Numbered from the stretch's first letter, positions 41,398 to 52,200 are shown. The stretch is 64,000 bases of DNA from Candidatus Sysuimicrobium tengchongense (GCA_031460175.1 JAVKGW010000001.1:469738-533737); one strand, 5' to 3'. Translations and numbers: made by a program. The notes: generated from the sequence alone by a model not told the origin.

Positions 41398-44004
41398 TCA
41401 CGCCGGCGGTTTGATCCCCTGCTGGACGGCCCAGGTGGCGATCTGGGCGCGGGAGGAGAAGTCCAGCTTGCCCAGGATGTGCTGGACGTGGGTGGCGGCG
41501 GTGTGCTCGCTGATAAAGAGGCGCCGGGCGATCTCGCGGTTCGACAGCCCCAGGGCCACGAGACTCGCCACCTCCAGCTCGCGGGGGGTGAGCGGTTCGG
41601 CCCGCGCCGGTCCGGCCTGCGGGACGGTCCGGCGGACGCGCACCCCCATGGCCTCGGCTGCCGCAACGCTCAGGGGAAGGACTGCCCCGGCGGCAGCCGC
41701 GCGCCTGAGGGCTTCGGGTCCGAGGTGCTCCTTTATGGTGGCACGGGCGTGCGCCAGTCGGTCGGGACGTACGTTTGCCGGGAACCAGCCGGGCCGCCGG
41801 ACGACGCCGACGCGGTCGAGCAGCGCCTCGGCAGCGCCGAAGAGCCGCGCGGCCTGCTCTGCCTGCTCGTTCTCTGCCGCCAGCACCGCCATCCCTTCCA
41901 GGCACCGCGCGACCCCGAGCCGGTCGCCGGCCCGCTCGAACAGCTCCAGGGATTGCCGGTAAAGGCCCAGGCTGCGCTGGTCTTCGTTCGCGTCCTGCGC
42001 GACTACGGCGAGTTCCCGCAGGGAGGAGGCGATCATCACCGGCTCCCCCAGCTGCCGGCGGAGGTGCAGGGCCTCGGCCTGCAGCCGCCCTGCCTGGGTG
42101 TGGTCGCGGTGCGCCAGGGCGACGCGGGCCAGGTGGACCAGCGCCTGGGCGATGCCGTCCCGTTCTGTGCGCGCTTCGAACGCCCGCAGGCACGCCTCGC
42201 CCAGGGCCGCGGCCTGGACGAGCTCGCCCTCGGCCAGGGCCACGGCGGCCAGGCCGTAGGCGGACCAGGCCGCTCCGCGGTCGTCGCCGAGTTGCCGGGA
42301 GAGGGCGAGGCTGCGTTCAAAGGGCTGTCGGGCGCTCGTGAAATCGTCCGCCTCGAGGGCCACCAGTCCCAGCAGCCGCGCCGCGGTGGCCGTCCCCTGT
42401 CGGTCCTGAAGCTCCTCGAAGAGCGCCAGGCTCTGGGCGGCCAGCTCCCGGGCCCGCGCCAGCTCGCGCCGGTCCCGGGCCACGAGGGCCAGGGTCCGCA
42501 GCGCGTGCGCCTCAGCCTGGCCGTCTTTCAGCCGCCTGGCGAGGACGATGGCCTCCTCGGCCAGGGCGGTCGCCTCCGCGTGTTCGCGGGCCCGCCAGGC
42601 AAGGACCGATGCGCCGTGCAGGACTTGCAGGCGCAGAGCCGTCGGGTCCGCGGGCACCAAGGGCAGCGCGGCCGCGGTCCAGGCGCGTCCTTCCATCCAG
42701 TAGCCCCGGACGTTCCAGAAGCGCCACAGCGCGGCGGCGAACCGGGGAAGCAGCGCAGTGTCTCTGGCCTGACGCGCCCGGTCCAGCGCCGCGCGGATGT
42801 TGGGATAATCGCGGTCCAGCCGGTCGAGCCACCGCCCCTGTTCCGGGCTGGTGAGCGCGGGCGCAGCCCGCTCCGCCAGGGTGAGGTAGAAGTCGGCGTG
42901 GCGCCGCCAGGCCGAGTCCAGTTCTCCGGTGGCCGCCAGCTGCTCCAGGGCGAACTCCCGCAGCGTCTCCAGCATGCGAAAGCGCGGGGTGTCCCCGAGG
43001 TCCTCCTCCCGCTGCAGCAGGCTCTTGTCCACGAGGGAGGCCAGCCCCTCCAGCACGTCCACCGCCAGGTCCGCGCACACGGCCGCGGCTGCCTCAAGAG
43101 GAAAGCTGCCCGTGAACACCGCGAGGCGCCGGAAGAGGGCCTGCTGGCCTGGTTCCAGCCGGGAGTAGCTCCACCCCACGGCGGCCCGCAACGTCCGATG
43201 TCGCGCCGGAAGGTCCCGCGCCGCCCGACGGAGCAGCGTCAGGCGGTGGTCCAGGCGCTCGCGGATCGTCTCCGGGGAGAGCACCTTCACCTGCGCGGCG
43301 GCCAGCTCCAGGGCCAGGGGCAGGCCGTCCAGGCCCACGCAGATCTCGGCGACCGCCCGGGCGTTGGCGGACGTCACCGCGAACGTCGGGTCCACCGCCT
43401 GGGCGCGGGCCACGAACAGCATGACCGCGGGCGACGAGATCACCGCCTTGGGGTCGGAGGCGCGGCTCAGGTCGGGGACCCGCAGCGGCGGAACCGCGAA
43501 CTGGCGCTCCCTGCGCAGGCAAAGGGGCTCCCGGCTGGTCACCAGGACCTTGAGGGCAGGCGCGGCGTCCACCAACGCGGCCACGTCTGACGCCGCCTCC
43601 AGCACGTGCTCGAAGTTGTCCAGCACCAGGAGGAGGTGGCGGTCAGCCAGCGCCTGGACGAGCAATCGGACGGTGGACGGACCGCCGCGCAGACGGACGT
43701 CCAGCTGGTGGGCGATGGCCCGGGTGACGTGTACGGGCTGGGTGACCGGTGCGAGGTCCACGAACACCACTCCGCCCGGGAACGCTCCTGCCACGTCTGA
43801 GGCGGCCTGAAGGGCGAGGCAGGTCTTCCCGGCTCCCGGGGCTCCGGTGAGGGTGAGAAGCCGGACGTCGTCTCGCAGCAGCAGGGACCGGATACAAGCC
43901 AGCTCCTCCTCCCGACCGATCAGCCGGTCAGGAGCCGGGGGCAGGCGGGCACCTGCCGCGGGAGTGAATCGAGCCCGCACCCAGCGCCTCACGGGCGGGA
44001 CCAA
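41398..44004 (-). CDS. STAND-type regulator: AAA/NB-ARC ATPase + TPR array + C-terminal LuxR HTH
   Basis: LTLTGAPGAGKT Walker A, LLVLDNFEH Walker B, a long TPR-like middle, and a C-terminal LTPRELEVASLVALGLSNREIARRLFISEHTAATHVQHILGKL. Confidence 0.85.
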   Translation of the reverse strand: MVPPVRRWVRARFTPAAGARLPPAPDRLIGREEELACIRSLLLRDDVRLLTLTGAPGAGKTCLALQAASDVAGAFPGGVVFVDLAPVTQPVHVTRAIAHQLDVRLRGGPSTVRLLVQALADRHLLLVLDNFEHVLEAASDVAALVDAAPALKVLVTSREPLCLRRERQFAVPPLRVPDLSRASDPKAVISSPAVMLFVARAQAVDPTFAVTSANARAVAEICVGLDGLPLALELAAAQVKVLSPETIRERLDHRLTLLRRAARDLPARHRTLRAAVGWSYSRLEPGQQALFRRLAVFTGSFPLEAAAAVCADLAVDVLEGLASLVDKSLLQREEDLGDTPRFRMLETLREFALEQLAATGELDSAWRRHADFYLTLAERAAPALTSPEQGRWLDRLDRDYPNIRAALDRARQARDTALLPRFAAALWRFWNVRGYWMEGRAWTAAALPLVPADPTALRLQVLHGASVLAWRAREHAEATALAEEAIVLARRLKDGQAEAHALRTLALVARDRRELARARELAAQSLALFEELQDRQGTATAARLLGLVALEADDFTSARQPFERSLALSRQLGDDRGAAWSAYGLAAVALAEGELVQAAALGEACLRAFEARTERDGIAQALVHLARVALAHRDHTQAGRLQAEALHLRRQLGEPVMIASSLRELAVVAQDANEDQRSLGLYRQSLELFERAGDRLGVARCLEGMAVLAAENEQAEQAARLFGAAEALLDRVGVVRRPGWFPANVRPDRLAHARATIKEHLGPEALRRAAAAGAVLPLSVAAAEAMGVRVRRTVPQAGPARAEPLTPRELEVASLVALGLSNREIARRLFISEHTAATHVQHILGKLDFSSRAQIATWAVQQGIKPPA

Positions 44005-44023
44005 GCCCGCTTCATTCTACCAT

Positions 44024-44506
44024 CTACACGGCCAGCTCCTGGGTGGCGTACCAGCGGCGCAGGACGAAGATCTGGGCCGCGTGGTAGGAGGTGTGGGTGG
44101 CGAGGTCCACCAGGGCTTCACGCCACGGGGCGGAGTCGTCGGGGGCCGGGGTGTCCAGGAGCGCGGGGTCGGCGCTACGGATCGCTTCGGCACAGTCCGC
44201 GTGCGCCTGCTCGACTTCCGCGCGGAGGCGCTCCCAGGCGTCCGGTGTCCGGGTCACCTCCGGCCAGTCCGACCCCGGGTGTGGGTACCGGTCGGGCCGG
44301 AGGTGGTGGGCGGTCCACCTGCACCAGTACGCCACGTGGGCCACCAGCTCCGCGATGGTGCGCTGGGCCGTGAGGGGGCGCCAGTGCGCTTCTACTGGGC
44401 TGACGCCGTCCAGGGCGGCGGCCAGGCCCCGGCCGGCCCAGTTCCCCTCCCGGTAGGTGCGTTCCAGGCGGTCCGCCAGCCAGCGAAGTTCGGAGCGAGG
44501 GTCCAT
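44024..44506 (-). CDS. DinB-family (DinB_2) four-helix-bundle protein
   Basis: His triad context (TIAELVAHVAYW..., THTSYHAAQI). ATG 44506 lies 4 nt after GGAGGTG. Confidence 0.7.
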   Translation of the reverse strand: MDPRSELRWLADRLERTYREGNWAGRGLAAALDGVSPVEAHWRPLTAQRTIAELVAHVAYWCRWTAHHLRPDRYPHPGSDWPEVTRTPDAWERLRAEVEQAHADCAEAIRSADPALLDTPAPDDSAPWREALVDLATHTSYHAAQIFVLRRWYATQELAV

Positions 44507-44597
44507 GACCACCTCCGCAAGCACGGCCGATCGATCTGGACGGTGCCGGTGGGTTTCTCGAAGCGTGAGGAGGGTTCCTGCCGCCGGGGAGGGGTGA

Positions 44598-46499
44598 TCA
44601 GCGCTCCCGGAGTCCGTGTCCCAGCCGTTCCCACCAGCGGTTCCAGACCTCGGGGTTGTCGGGGTCCACGAGGACCGTGAGACGGTCGCCCGCCTGCAGG
44701 ACGGTGTCCGCCTTGGGGAAGATCACCTCCCCGTCGCGGAGGATCGCCACCACCAGGACGCCCGGCGGAAGCCCGGCTTCCCGAAGGGTGTGCCCGACCA
44801 GGGGAGAGCCGGTGGGCACGGTGGCCTCCAGGGATCGGGATGGCCCGGGTGGAAAGGGGGTCATGCGGATCCCGGCTTGGGCGAGCTCCCGGTACACCCG
44901 CAGGACGTCCCGCGCGTGCAGAACGCCGACCACCCGTCCGTCGTCCACCACGGGCGCCTGCACCTGCTCCGCCTCCAGGAGCTGGGCCAGGGCCTCGTCG
45001 AGCGGCTGGTCCGGTCGCACGGCGACGTCCGTGGAGGTCCCACCGTGCGCGTTGGGCTGCATGGCGTCTTGGACTCGCAATGACGCCAGAAGGGGGAAGG
45101 CCAGGCGCACCCGGTGCAGGGGCGCGTGGGAGCGGTCCAGCAGCTGGCTGCGGTAGATGGTCCCATCGCCCACCAGGGCCGTGGCCACCGCCACCGCGAT
45201 CATGGCGGGTGCCAGCAGGGACAGGTTGCCCGTCATCTCGGCCACCATGAGCATCACGGCCAGCGGCGCGTGGGCGATGCCGCCGAACAGGGCCATCATG
45301 CCCGCGATCACGAAGGGCGCGGGGCTTGCCGGGACGTGCGGCAGCGCCCCGTGCAGGAGGCGCCACAGGGCCACGCCCACAAGCCCTCCCACCACGATGC
45401 CGGGGCCGAACACGCCGCCGGAGCCCCCCGAGCCGATGGACAGCGCCGTGGCCAGGATCTTCGCGAAGGGCAGGAGCAGGACGAGCCGCAGCGGTACGGA
45501 CACAAGCCCCCGGTCCATCGCCTCCTGCACCCAGCCGTAGCCCGTGTGGAGGGCCGCAGGGGCGACCAGGCCCAGCAGCCCCACCGCCACACCGCCCAAG
45601 GCGGGCTTGAGCATGGCGGGGATGCGGAGCTTCCGGAACCCGTCCGCCACGGCGTAGAAGGTCCGCGCGTACAGCACCCCGACCGCGCCGCAGAGGAGGC
45701 CGAGAAGGGCGTAGTACGGGAGCTCCAGAGGGGAACCGAGGCCGACCCTCAGGTGCGGGCCGAAGAGGGGTTCGAAGCCGGTGATGACGCCGTAGACCGT
45801 GTAGCCGACGATGGCGGAAATCAGGCTCGGCAGCAGGGCTTCCACCTCGAGGTCGTGGGTGTACAGGACCTCCGCGCCCATCACCGCGCCCCCGAGGGGA
45901 GCGCGGAAGATGGCCCCCACGCCCGCTCCGATGCCCGCCACCACCGCGATGCGGCGGTCCTGGGGGGAGAGCTTCAGCCAGCGGCCCAGCAGGGAGCCGA
46001 ACCCCGCGGAGATCTGGGCGGTGGGTCCTTCACGACCCCCGGACCCGCCGCTCCCGATGGTGATGGCGGAGGCCACGAGCTTCACGAGGGGGATCCGGGC
46101 GCGGATGCGCGCCCCACGGTGGTGGATGGCGTCGATGGCCGCGTCGGTCCCGTGTCCTTCCGCCTCCGGCGCGAGGCGGAACACGAGGATGCCCGACAGC
46201 AGACCGCCGAGGCCCGTAACGAGGGGCAGCAGCCACGGCCGGGCCATGGGCAGGAAGTCCGTGCGGCCCTCGCCCACCGGCGCGGGCGGGAGGTAGCCGA
46301 CCCACCGGCCCAGGAACAACTCGGTCACCCCCCGGATCCCGGCGCTGAGGGCCACCGCGCCGAGTCCCGCCACCACGCCGATGAGGCTACCGAGCACGAT
46401 CCACTTGGCCAGGTAGCGGGTGGCCTCGAACCCGCTCACCTGAGGAAGTGGCGCCCGCCACCACCGCGCGATGCGTTGCACCCGCCCAGTCACGTCCAC
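44598..46499 (-). CDS. ClC-family chloride channel/antiporter with C-terminal CBS and TrkA-C (RCK_C) domains
   Basis: GSGIPE-like GSGGSGGREGP, GIGAGVGAIFRAPLGG, GGVFGPG motifs. C-terminal LVGHTLREAGLPPGVLVVAILRDGEVIFPKADTVLQAGDRLTV. Start is one of the GTGs at 46499/46493/46481. The rest of the 1270-aa track ORF is an artefact overlapping norZ. Confidence 0.8.
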   Translation of the reverse strand: MDVTGRVQRIARWWRAPLPQVSGFEATRYLAKWIVLGSLIGVVAGLGAVALSAGIRGVTELFLGRWVGYLPPAPVGEGRTDFLPMARPWLLPLVTGLGGLLSGILVFRLAPEAEGHGTDAAIDAIHHRGARIRARIPLVKLVASAITIGSGGSGGREGPTAQISAGFGSLLGRWLKLSPQDRRIAVVAGIGAGVGAIFRAPLGGAVMGAEVLYTHDLEVEALLPSLISAIVGYTVYGVITGFEPLFGPHLRVGLGSPLELPYYALLGLLCGAVGVLYARTFYAVADGFRKLRIPAMLKPALGGVAVGLLGLVAPAALHTGYGWVQEAMDRGLVSVPLRLVLLLPFAKILATALSIGSGGSGGVFGPGIVVGGLVGVALWRLLHGALPHVPASPAPFVIAGMMALFGGIAHAPLAVMLMVAEMTGNLSLLAPAMIAVAVATALVGDGTIYRSQLLDRSHAPLHRVRLAFPLLASLRVQDAMQPNAHGGTSTDVAVRPDQPLDEALAQLLEAEQVQAPVVDDGRVVGVLHARDVLRVYRELAQAGIRMTPFPPGPSRSLEATVPTGSPLVGHTLREAGLPPGVLVVAILRDGEVIFPKADTVLQAGDRLTVLVDPDNPEVWNRWWERLGHGLRER

Positions 46500-46624
46500 A
46501 GGGGCGGACACTGGGAAGTCCGGACCGCGGTCGCCGGAAACCGCTGCGTACAACCTCAGTATACGTCGGAACGCACCGCGAAGAAAGGCCGGCGTTCGAA
46601 GGGACGCAGGCTGGAGCGACCGAC

Positions 46625-48922
46625 TCAAACGCGACGGGTCCGCCCGAGCCCCCGCACCGCGGGACGCGTCGCGACCAGCAGGAGGGCGCTTCCCAGGATC
46701 ACCAGGGCGTCCCCCGGCAGGCGCAGCTTGTTGAAAAGGCGCACGTCGGGTCGCTCGTAGAACGTCAGGGCGCGGGCCGCGGCGTAGTCGGCCTGGACGG
46801 CCTCGCGGAGCTGGAGGACGCCCACGGGCGTCACGCTGAGGAAGACCATGAGGGAGAGGCCCAGATTGAGGGCCCAGAAGGCCGCTCCGAGTGTGCGGTC
46901 GCTCCACCCCTCCGGGTAGGCATGCCGCAGGGCGTACAACCCCATGCCCACGGCCACGAATCCAAAGGCCCCCAGGAAAGACGCGTGTCCGTGGGCCACC
47001 GTGAGGAAGGTGCCGTGCTCGTAGTAGTTCACCACGGGCAAGTTGATGAGCAGGCCCAGAACCCCGGAGCCGACGAACTGCCAGAGAGCGCTGGCCACGA
47101 AGAACCGCAGCGGCCAGCGGAGGGAGGCGGGGACATGGATCCCCCGGCGCCAGGCCCGCAGGGCGGTGGCGAGCAGTAAGAACAGCGGAAGCACCTCCAG
47201 GGTGCTGAAGACGCTTCCGATTCCGAGCCACAGGGGCGGCTCCCCCACCCACCAGAAGTGGTGCCCGATGGCCAGGAAGCCCGCCAGCAGCACCAGGGCG
47301 CCCTCCAGATACAGGCTCTTCGTCACGTCCTCGCGGCTCACGAGCCCCAGCCCCGCGAAGAACCACCCGAGCACCAGGATCTGGAAGAAGGCGAAGATCC
47401 CCTCCACCCAGTGGTGGACGACCCACCACCGCCAGAAGTCCACCACCACCCAGTGGCTCGCGGGTCGGTAGGCGAAGCTGGCGTAGAAGGCCGCGGTGAT
47501 CCCGACCCCGTTCCAGACGAGCACGTGCAGCAGGGGTCTCCACCTCACTGCGGCGCCGCGCAGCGCGCTGGCGAGGATGGCCACCCACAGACTGAATCCC
47601 CCGGCGATCCCGACCCGCCACAGCCGGCCCATCTCCAGGTACTCCGTCCCCTCGCTGCCCAGGAGGGGAGACCGGACCCACCCTCGCACGCTGGCGTACA
47701 CGCCGAGCAGGGTGCCGGCCACGGAAAGGACGAGCACGGCCACGGACACGTACGTGGCCGTCCGGTGCCAGGGGCGCTCCCGACCTCCCAGCAGCAGGGC
47801 CACGTACAGACCGGCGGACATCCACAGGCCCACCACCCAGACCACCGCCATGGCGGTGTGGGCGGACCGGACCGCCTGGAAGGGCAGGACGGCCATCCGC
47901 TCGAGCCCCAGTCTCGAGAACAGCCCGTAGAAGTCCTCGCGGGAGGCGTAGGCGTTCGCCAGGTAGCCGCCCGCCAGGGTCTGCACGAAGAACACCGCCA
48001 GGCAGCCGCCCACGAGGAGCAGGCTCACGCGGGCCAAAAAGCCCGGCGGCTCCTGACGTTGCTCTTCCAGGGCGGGAAGCGCGGGGATGGGCGCCAGGTC
48101 CACGGCCCCGAAGGCCAGCACCACCAGGAGGGCCAGGACGAGGAACCACCCCACGGACCACGCGGTCCACAGGACGGTTTCGTGGGTGGGTACCAGGCCG
48201 AGGTCGGGCATGGGCGGGAAGTTGTTGGTGTACGAGCCGTCCGACCCGGGACGTGGCGCCAGCGAAACCCAGGCCGCCCACGCGACGAAGGCCGCCAGGG
48301 GCCTTACCTCTTCGGGCTGGAGGGTGCCGCGGGCGATTCCCCAAGCCCGGTCTCCGTCCACGAAGCGCTGCCGGTAGAACCGCTCGAAGGCGCGGTGCGC
48401 CTCGGCCCACTGCCGCGGCAGTAGGACGCGGTCGGCGTCGAGCCGCGCTGCCCGAAGGAGGGTGCGGACGCGGAGCAAAACCCGCTCCCGCTCCTCCCCC
48501 GCCAGATCCCGGAAGGGGCGCCCGAAGGCCTGTCGGGACAGGCGCTCGCCCAGGTGGTCCCGGAGAAACGCCAGGTACTCGGCCCCGTAGTCCGGCCCGA
48601 AGTAGCTCCCGTTCCCGAACAGGGTCCCGAAGCCCATGAGGTTCCGGCGCTGGAAGACCTGCTGCCCGACCCGGATGTCGGCGTCCGTGAAGAGCACCGT
48701 CCCGTCCGACCTAGTGAAGGCCCGAGGGAGGGGGGGCAGGTGTCGGTAGGTCTGCACCGTGCCCCAGGCAAGGGCCACGGCGCTCGCGAACACCACGGCG
48801 GCGAGGACGGCGTTCGCCCGGCGGAGGGTCAGCCGCACGCAGGAGCGGTTCGACGTCCGCGGACGCGGTCCTGCTCGCCTCATGTTTGTCGCAGGGCAAA
48901 GACGGAGCCCCGCGTACGTCAC
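46625..48922 (-). CDS. norZ: quinol-dependent nitric oxide reductase (qNOR, single-subunit NorB/NorZ type)
   Basis: About 760 aa. N-terminal TM plus a cytochrome-c-like-fold extension without CxxCH. Heme-copper oxidase core with His ligands ([30 protein letters not shown]). Start uncertain (48922 GTG, 48883 ATG or 48838 GTG). Confidence 0.85.
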   Translation of the reverse strand: MTYAGLRLCPATNMRRAGPRPRTSNRSCVRLTLRRANAVLAAVVFASAVALAWGTVQTYRHLPPLPRAFTRSDGTVLFTDADIRVGQQVFQRRNLMGFGTLFGNGSYFGPDYGAEYLAFLRDHLGERLSRQAFGRPFRDLAGEERERVLLRVRTLLRAARLDADRVLLPRQWAEAHRAFERFYRQRFVDGDRAWGIARGTLQPEEVRPLAAFVAWAAWVSLAPRPGSDGSYTNNFPPMPDLGLVPTHETVLWTAWSVGWFLVLALLVVLAFGAVDLAPIPALPALEEQRQEPPGFLARVSLLLVGGCLAVFFVQTLAGGYLANAYASREDFYGLFSRLGLERMAVLPFQAVRSAHTAMAVVWVVGLWMSAGLYVALLLGGRERPWHRTATYVSVAVLVLSVAGTLLGVYASVRGWVRSPLLGSEGTEYLEMGRLWRVGIAGGFSLWVAILASALRGAAVRWRPLLHVLVWNGVGITAAFYASFAYRPASHWVVVDFWRWWVVHHWVEGIFAFFQILVLGWFFAGLGLVSREDVTKSLYLEGALVLLAGFLAIGHHFWWVGEPPLWLGIGSVFSTLEVLPLFLLLATALRAWRRGIHVPASLRWPLRFFVASALWQFVGSGVLGLLINLPVVNYYEHGTFLTVAHGHASFLGAFGFVAVGMGLYALRHAYPEGWSDRTLGAAFWALNLGLSLMVFLSVTPVGVLQLREAVQADYAAARALTFYERPDVRLFNKLRLPGDALVILGSALLLVATRPAVRGLGRTRRV
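48886..48899. promoter_or_regulatory. degenerate FNR/CRP-type box TTGTC-N4-GGCAA between norZ and the divergent gene
   Basis: TTGTCGCAGGGCAA keeps the TTG-N8-CAA core. Its position relative to possible starts is ambiguous. Confidence 0.25.
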
Positions 48923-50187
48923 ATGCTGAACTCGGCATGGGCGTCCGGATCCAGGGAGCCTTTCGGCCGAGCCCTCTCCCGGAGGTCGAGCTGGGTCTCA
49001 CGAACCGCCACCTGCTTCCGAGAGTGGCGTTCGGAGTCCTGCTCGGGGTGTCGCTCGCGGGGACCGCCATCACCGTGGGCACGCACGGAGCCGGCTTTGC
49101 CGTGGTGCTGCTGCGGTGGGCGTACCTGGTGTCTGCCGCCGTGGTGGCGGGAGGGAGCTTGTGGTGGGCGGCGTTCGTGCGGGAGGAGCCCGAGGCCAGG
49201 GATCGGCAGGCCGTGGACCGCTTCGCGCGACGGGAGGCCGAGCGGTTCTTGCGGATCCTGCCGGCTGCCGCAGCCGGGCTGGTGGTCAGCTCTTTGCACC
49301 TCCTGTGGCTCACGCGCCCCGGGGTCAGCTGGCTTGTGGGACTCCTGGAAGTCCTCGTGGCGGCGGTAGCAGTCCTGACCGCCTCCTTGACGCTGTGCCC
49401 GCGGCACCGGACGCGCGGCTGGCGCGACGGCCGGCGCTGGGTTCTCCTGGTAAGCTCCGCGGGCTTGCTGGCGGGGACCGGGGCGCTGGACGCCGCCCTC
49501 CAGGTCCCGGGCAACGCGGCCGCGGCAGGCCTGCGGAGCGCGCACGTGGTGGCGTTCGGCCTGTGGCTGGGCGGAGCCGCGTGGAACCTGTGGGCGGCCA
49601 TCCCCGCGGCCCAGGAGGACCCCCGGGTGCCCGTGGTGGTGGCCGCGGCCCGGCAGCTGGAGCGGTTCCGGTGGACGGTCCGGGTAGCGCTCCCCACGCT
49701 GGCGGTCACCGGTGTACTGCAGGCCGTCCCGTACGCGGGAGGAAGCTTCGCCTACCTGGCGGGCACGTGGGTGGGTCGGGTGATCCTCGTGAAGGCCGGA
49801 GCGCTGGTGATCCTGATCGGGATTTTCATCACGTGTCCGCTGTGGCGGGCTTGCTCGCCGGTGCGGGGCATGTGCAACCTGCGGGACTTGGAGGACGCCC
49901 TGCCGAGACCCGCGCGCACCCTGGACAACCGGGGCAAACCGTGTGCGGGCTTCGTGCACGTGCAGCGTGCCCTGAGGGCGCTGGAGCCGGGGCAGGTGCT
50001 GGAGCTGCTCAGCACCGACCCCATGTCGTGGTGGGAGCTGCCCGCGTGGGCGCGGCAGAACGGCTACGAGGTGCTGGACCAGCGGGTGGTGGGCCGGTAC
50101 CGACTCCTCTGGCGGACCTACCGGTTCTTCCTGCGCCGGGCAGTACCGGCCGCCCCACCGGAGGAACGCACGGCGCTGCGGGTGTGA
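48886..50187 (+). CDS. CopD-like polytopic membrane domain fused to a C-terminal TusA/SirA-like domain
   Basis: Eight or more hydrophobic helices. C-terminus [52 protein letters not shown] resembles TusA (CPxP replaced by CAGF). The true start may be ATG 48937. Confidence 0.55.
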   Translation: MSQGKDGAPRTSHAELGMGVRIQGAFRPSPLPEVELGLTNRHLLPRVAFGVLLGVSLAGTAITVGTHGAGFAVVLLRWAYLVSAAVVAGGSLWWAAFVREEPEARDRQAVDRFARREAERFLRILPAAAAGLVVSSLHLLWLTRPGVSWLVGLLEVLVAAVAVLTASLTLCPRHRTRGWRDGRRWVLLVSSAGLLAGTGALDAALQVPGNAAAAGLRSAHVVAFGLWLGGAAWNLWAAIPAAQEDPRVPVVVAAARQLERFRWTVRVALPTLAVTGVLQAVPYAGGSFAYLAGTWVGRVILVKAGALVILIGIFITCPLWRACSPVRGMCNLRDLEDALPRPARTLDNRGKPCAGFVHVQRALRALEPGQVLELLSTDPMSWWELPAWARQNGYEVLDQRVVGRYRLLWRTYRFFLRRAVPAAPPEERTALRV

Positions 50188-50887
50188 GGGTCGAGCTGCG
50201 GATCCGCCGGTTCAACCCGGAGCGCGATAGCCGCCCGTGGTGGGCCGGGTACAAGTTGGAGGCGGCGCCCTTTGACCGGGTGCTGGACCTGCTCCGGCGG
50301 GTCCGGGAGGAGTACGACGGCACCCTGGCGTTCCGAAGCTCCTGCGGCCACGGGATGTGCGGGAGCGACGCCATGCTCATCAACGGCCGCAACCGCCTGG
50401 CTTGCCAGACCCTGGTGCGGGAGCTGGGCCGTCGCATCGCGGTGGCCCCGCTTCCCGCCTTCCGGGTGATCAAGGACCTCGTGGTGGACCTGGAGCCCTT
50501 CTTCGCCCAGTACTCGTCCGTGATGCCGTACCTGGTGAACCCCGAGCCGCCGCCGGCGCGGGAGCGGCTCCAGACGCCCGCAGAGCGGGCCCGGTACGAG
50601 GACACCACGAAGTGCATCCTGTGTGCCGCGTGCACGTCCAGTTGCCCCATCTTCTGGGGCAACGGGGCCTTCGTGGGACCTGGCGCCATCGTGGCGGCGC
50701 ACCGGTTCCTGTTCGACAGCCGGGACCGGGCCACGGACGCGCGCCTGGCGCGGCTGGACCGGCTGTGGGGGTGTGGAGCTGTCGGACGATCCAGAACTGC
50801 ACGCAGGCGTGCCCGCGGGGGATCGACGTGGCCCGGGCCATCCTCGAGGTGAAGCACTTGGCCCTGCGGCGGCGCCTGTCCCGGTAG
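50184..50887 (+). pseudogene. sdhB: succinate dehydrogenase/fumarate reductase Fe-S subunit (SdhB/FrdB-like) with an apparent frameshift near 50763-50768
   Basis: 2Fe-2S (SCGHGMCGSDAMLINGRNRLAC) and 4Fe-4S (CILCAACTSSCP) motifs in frame 0. The last cluster motif (CRTIQNCTQACPRGI) lies in another frame. GTG 50184 overlaps the upstream stop (GTGA). Confidence 0.65.
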
Positions 50888-51051
50888 AAGGAGGCAGCCC
50901 GTGGTGGACCACGCTCAGCCCGTGGTCACCGCGTACCGGGAACACGTCCGCTTCCAGCAGGAGGGATTCGTGGCCGTGCCTGTGGCGGGGACAGGACCGC
51001 GGGAAGGTGGTCCCCAAGTTGCGGGAGGGACGGTGGCGGTAGCGCGTCCTT

Positions 51052-52200
51052 TCAGCGGCGCCCGTGGGCCGCTGGGGAGCTCGGGCGGCTGGCCACCGCG
51101 GTGTTCACCAGGAAGATCACGATGGCGACGGTGTTCAGCACCACCGCCCACCGGCGGCCATCCTCCCACCCCGCGAGGTCCGCGCCGACCCGCATGAGCA
51201 GGGACAGGTGCAGCAGGCCCAGGTGCGCGTAGAAGCGGCGGAAGAAGCGGATCTCTCCGCCCAGCACCGAGGGCCAGATGATGGGCGCGTGGGCGAACAC
51301 CATGGAGAACACGAAGCCGAGGAAGAGCGCGTGCATCTGTGCGTCGTAGCGCAGCCCCGCGGGCAGGGTCGGCCCAGCAGCCCACAGCAGCCCCGCCACC
51401 AGCAGCCACCCGTAGCCGGTCAGCAGGCCCACCGCGGCAAACCGCGGGAGGCCAGGAGTCCGCACCGTGCGGCGGGCCACGTCGTGGCGGGCCAGCCACA
51501 CCGCCCAGCCCACGAACACCAGACCGGCCAGCCGGAACCCCCAGGAGGGCTCGAAAACGGACAGCCCCACCGCCGCACCGTGCGCGGCCACGAGGAGCGA
51601 GAAGGCGGTCCAGGCGGCGCGCGGAAGCCTGGTGAGGCGGCTCAGCTCCAGCCGTTCCCCCACGATGGTCAGCACAAGGAAGGCCGCCCAGCCCGTGGTC
51701 CACGTGGCCGCAGGGAGCCCTCCGCCCCAGGCAAGGGTCCCCAGAAGCCACGCCCCGGCTCCCGCCGCCATGGCGGTTGTGAAGGTGGCGGGCTGCAGGC
51801 GGAGGACGTACAGGTACCCGAGCGTGAGCACTCCGCCGGCGAGGGCGAACAGCAAAACGGAGAACGCGCGGGGAAGGCCGAGCAGCAGCCCCACGCCCGC
51901 AAGGCCAGACAGGGCCGGGGCGAGGAAGGTCCACGGGAGGCGCAACGCCACGGCCCGCTCCAGGGCGATGAGCGTCCCCAAAAACCCGCTCACCATCAGC
52001 GCCGCGTGGTCCGCGAGATCCATGCCGAAGGCGAGCGGCACGTCCCATCCGGCCCGACGGAGTCCCGCCCACATGCCCGCCAGGAGGGAGACGGCGCCGG
52101 CTGCAAGGAGGGGAGCCCGGGCCAGCTTCCGGGCCGGGGCGTCCCGGGCCCCCCTTCGCGCGGCAGCAGCCTCAGACCGCGGGCTTGCCGATGCGGACAC
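51052..52200 (-). CDS. polytopic membrane protein, NnrS-like candidate
   Basis: About 10-12 TM. Two H-x3-M/L-x2-GF-type segments (DHAALMVSGFLG; MHALFLGFVFSM) recall the NnrS heme/copper membrane family. Context is NO-related genes. Family call is tentative. Confidence 0.4.
   Translation of the reverse strand: MSASASPRSEAAAARRGARDAPARKLARAPLLAAGAVSLLAGMWAGLRRAGWDVPLAFGMDLADHAALMVSGFLGTLIALERAVALRLPWTFLAPALSGLAGVGLLLGLPRAFSVLLFALAGGVLTLGYLYVLRLQPATFTTAMAAGAGAWLLGTLAWGGGLPAATWTTGWAAFLVLTIVGERLELSRLTRLPRAAWTAFSLLVAAHGAAVGLSVFEPSWGFRLAGLVFVGWAVWLARHDVARRTVRTPGLPRFAAVGLLTGYGWLLVAGLLWAAGPTLPAGLRYDAQMHALFLGFVFSMVFAHAPIIWPSVLGGEIRFFRRFYAHLGLLHLSLLMRVGADLAGWEDGRRWAVVLNTVAIVIFLVNTAVASRPSSPAAHGRR

Noticed and set aside
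46500-48410. N-terminal 640 aa of the 1270-aa track ORF that ends as the ClC channel.
   Set aside because: This part is Arg/Pro/Gly-rich nonsense that overlaps the well-supported qNOR gene in another frame. ClC similarity starts only near 46499, where several GTG starts exist.
50757-50775. Programmed ribosomal frameshift in the sdhB-like gene.
   Set aside because: There is no slippery heptamer or downstream structure. A simple 1-nt indel next to a G5 run (mutation or sequencing error) explains it better.
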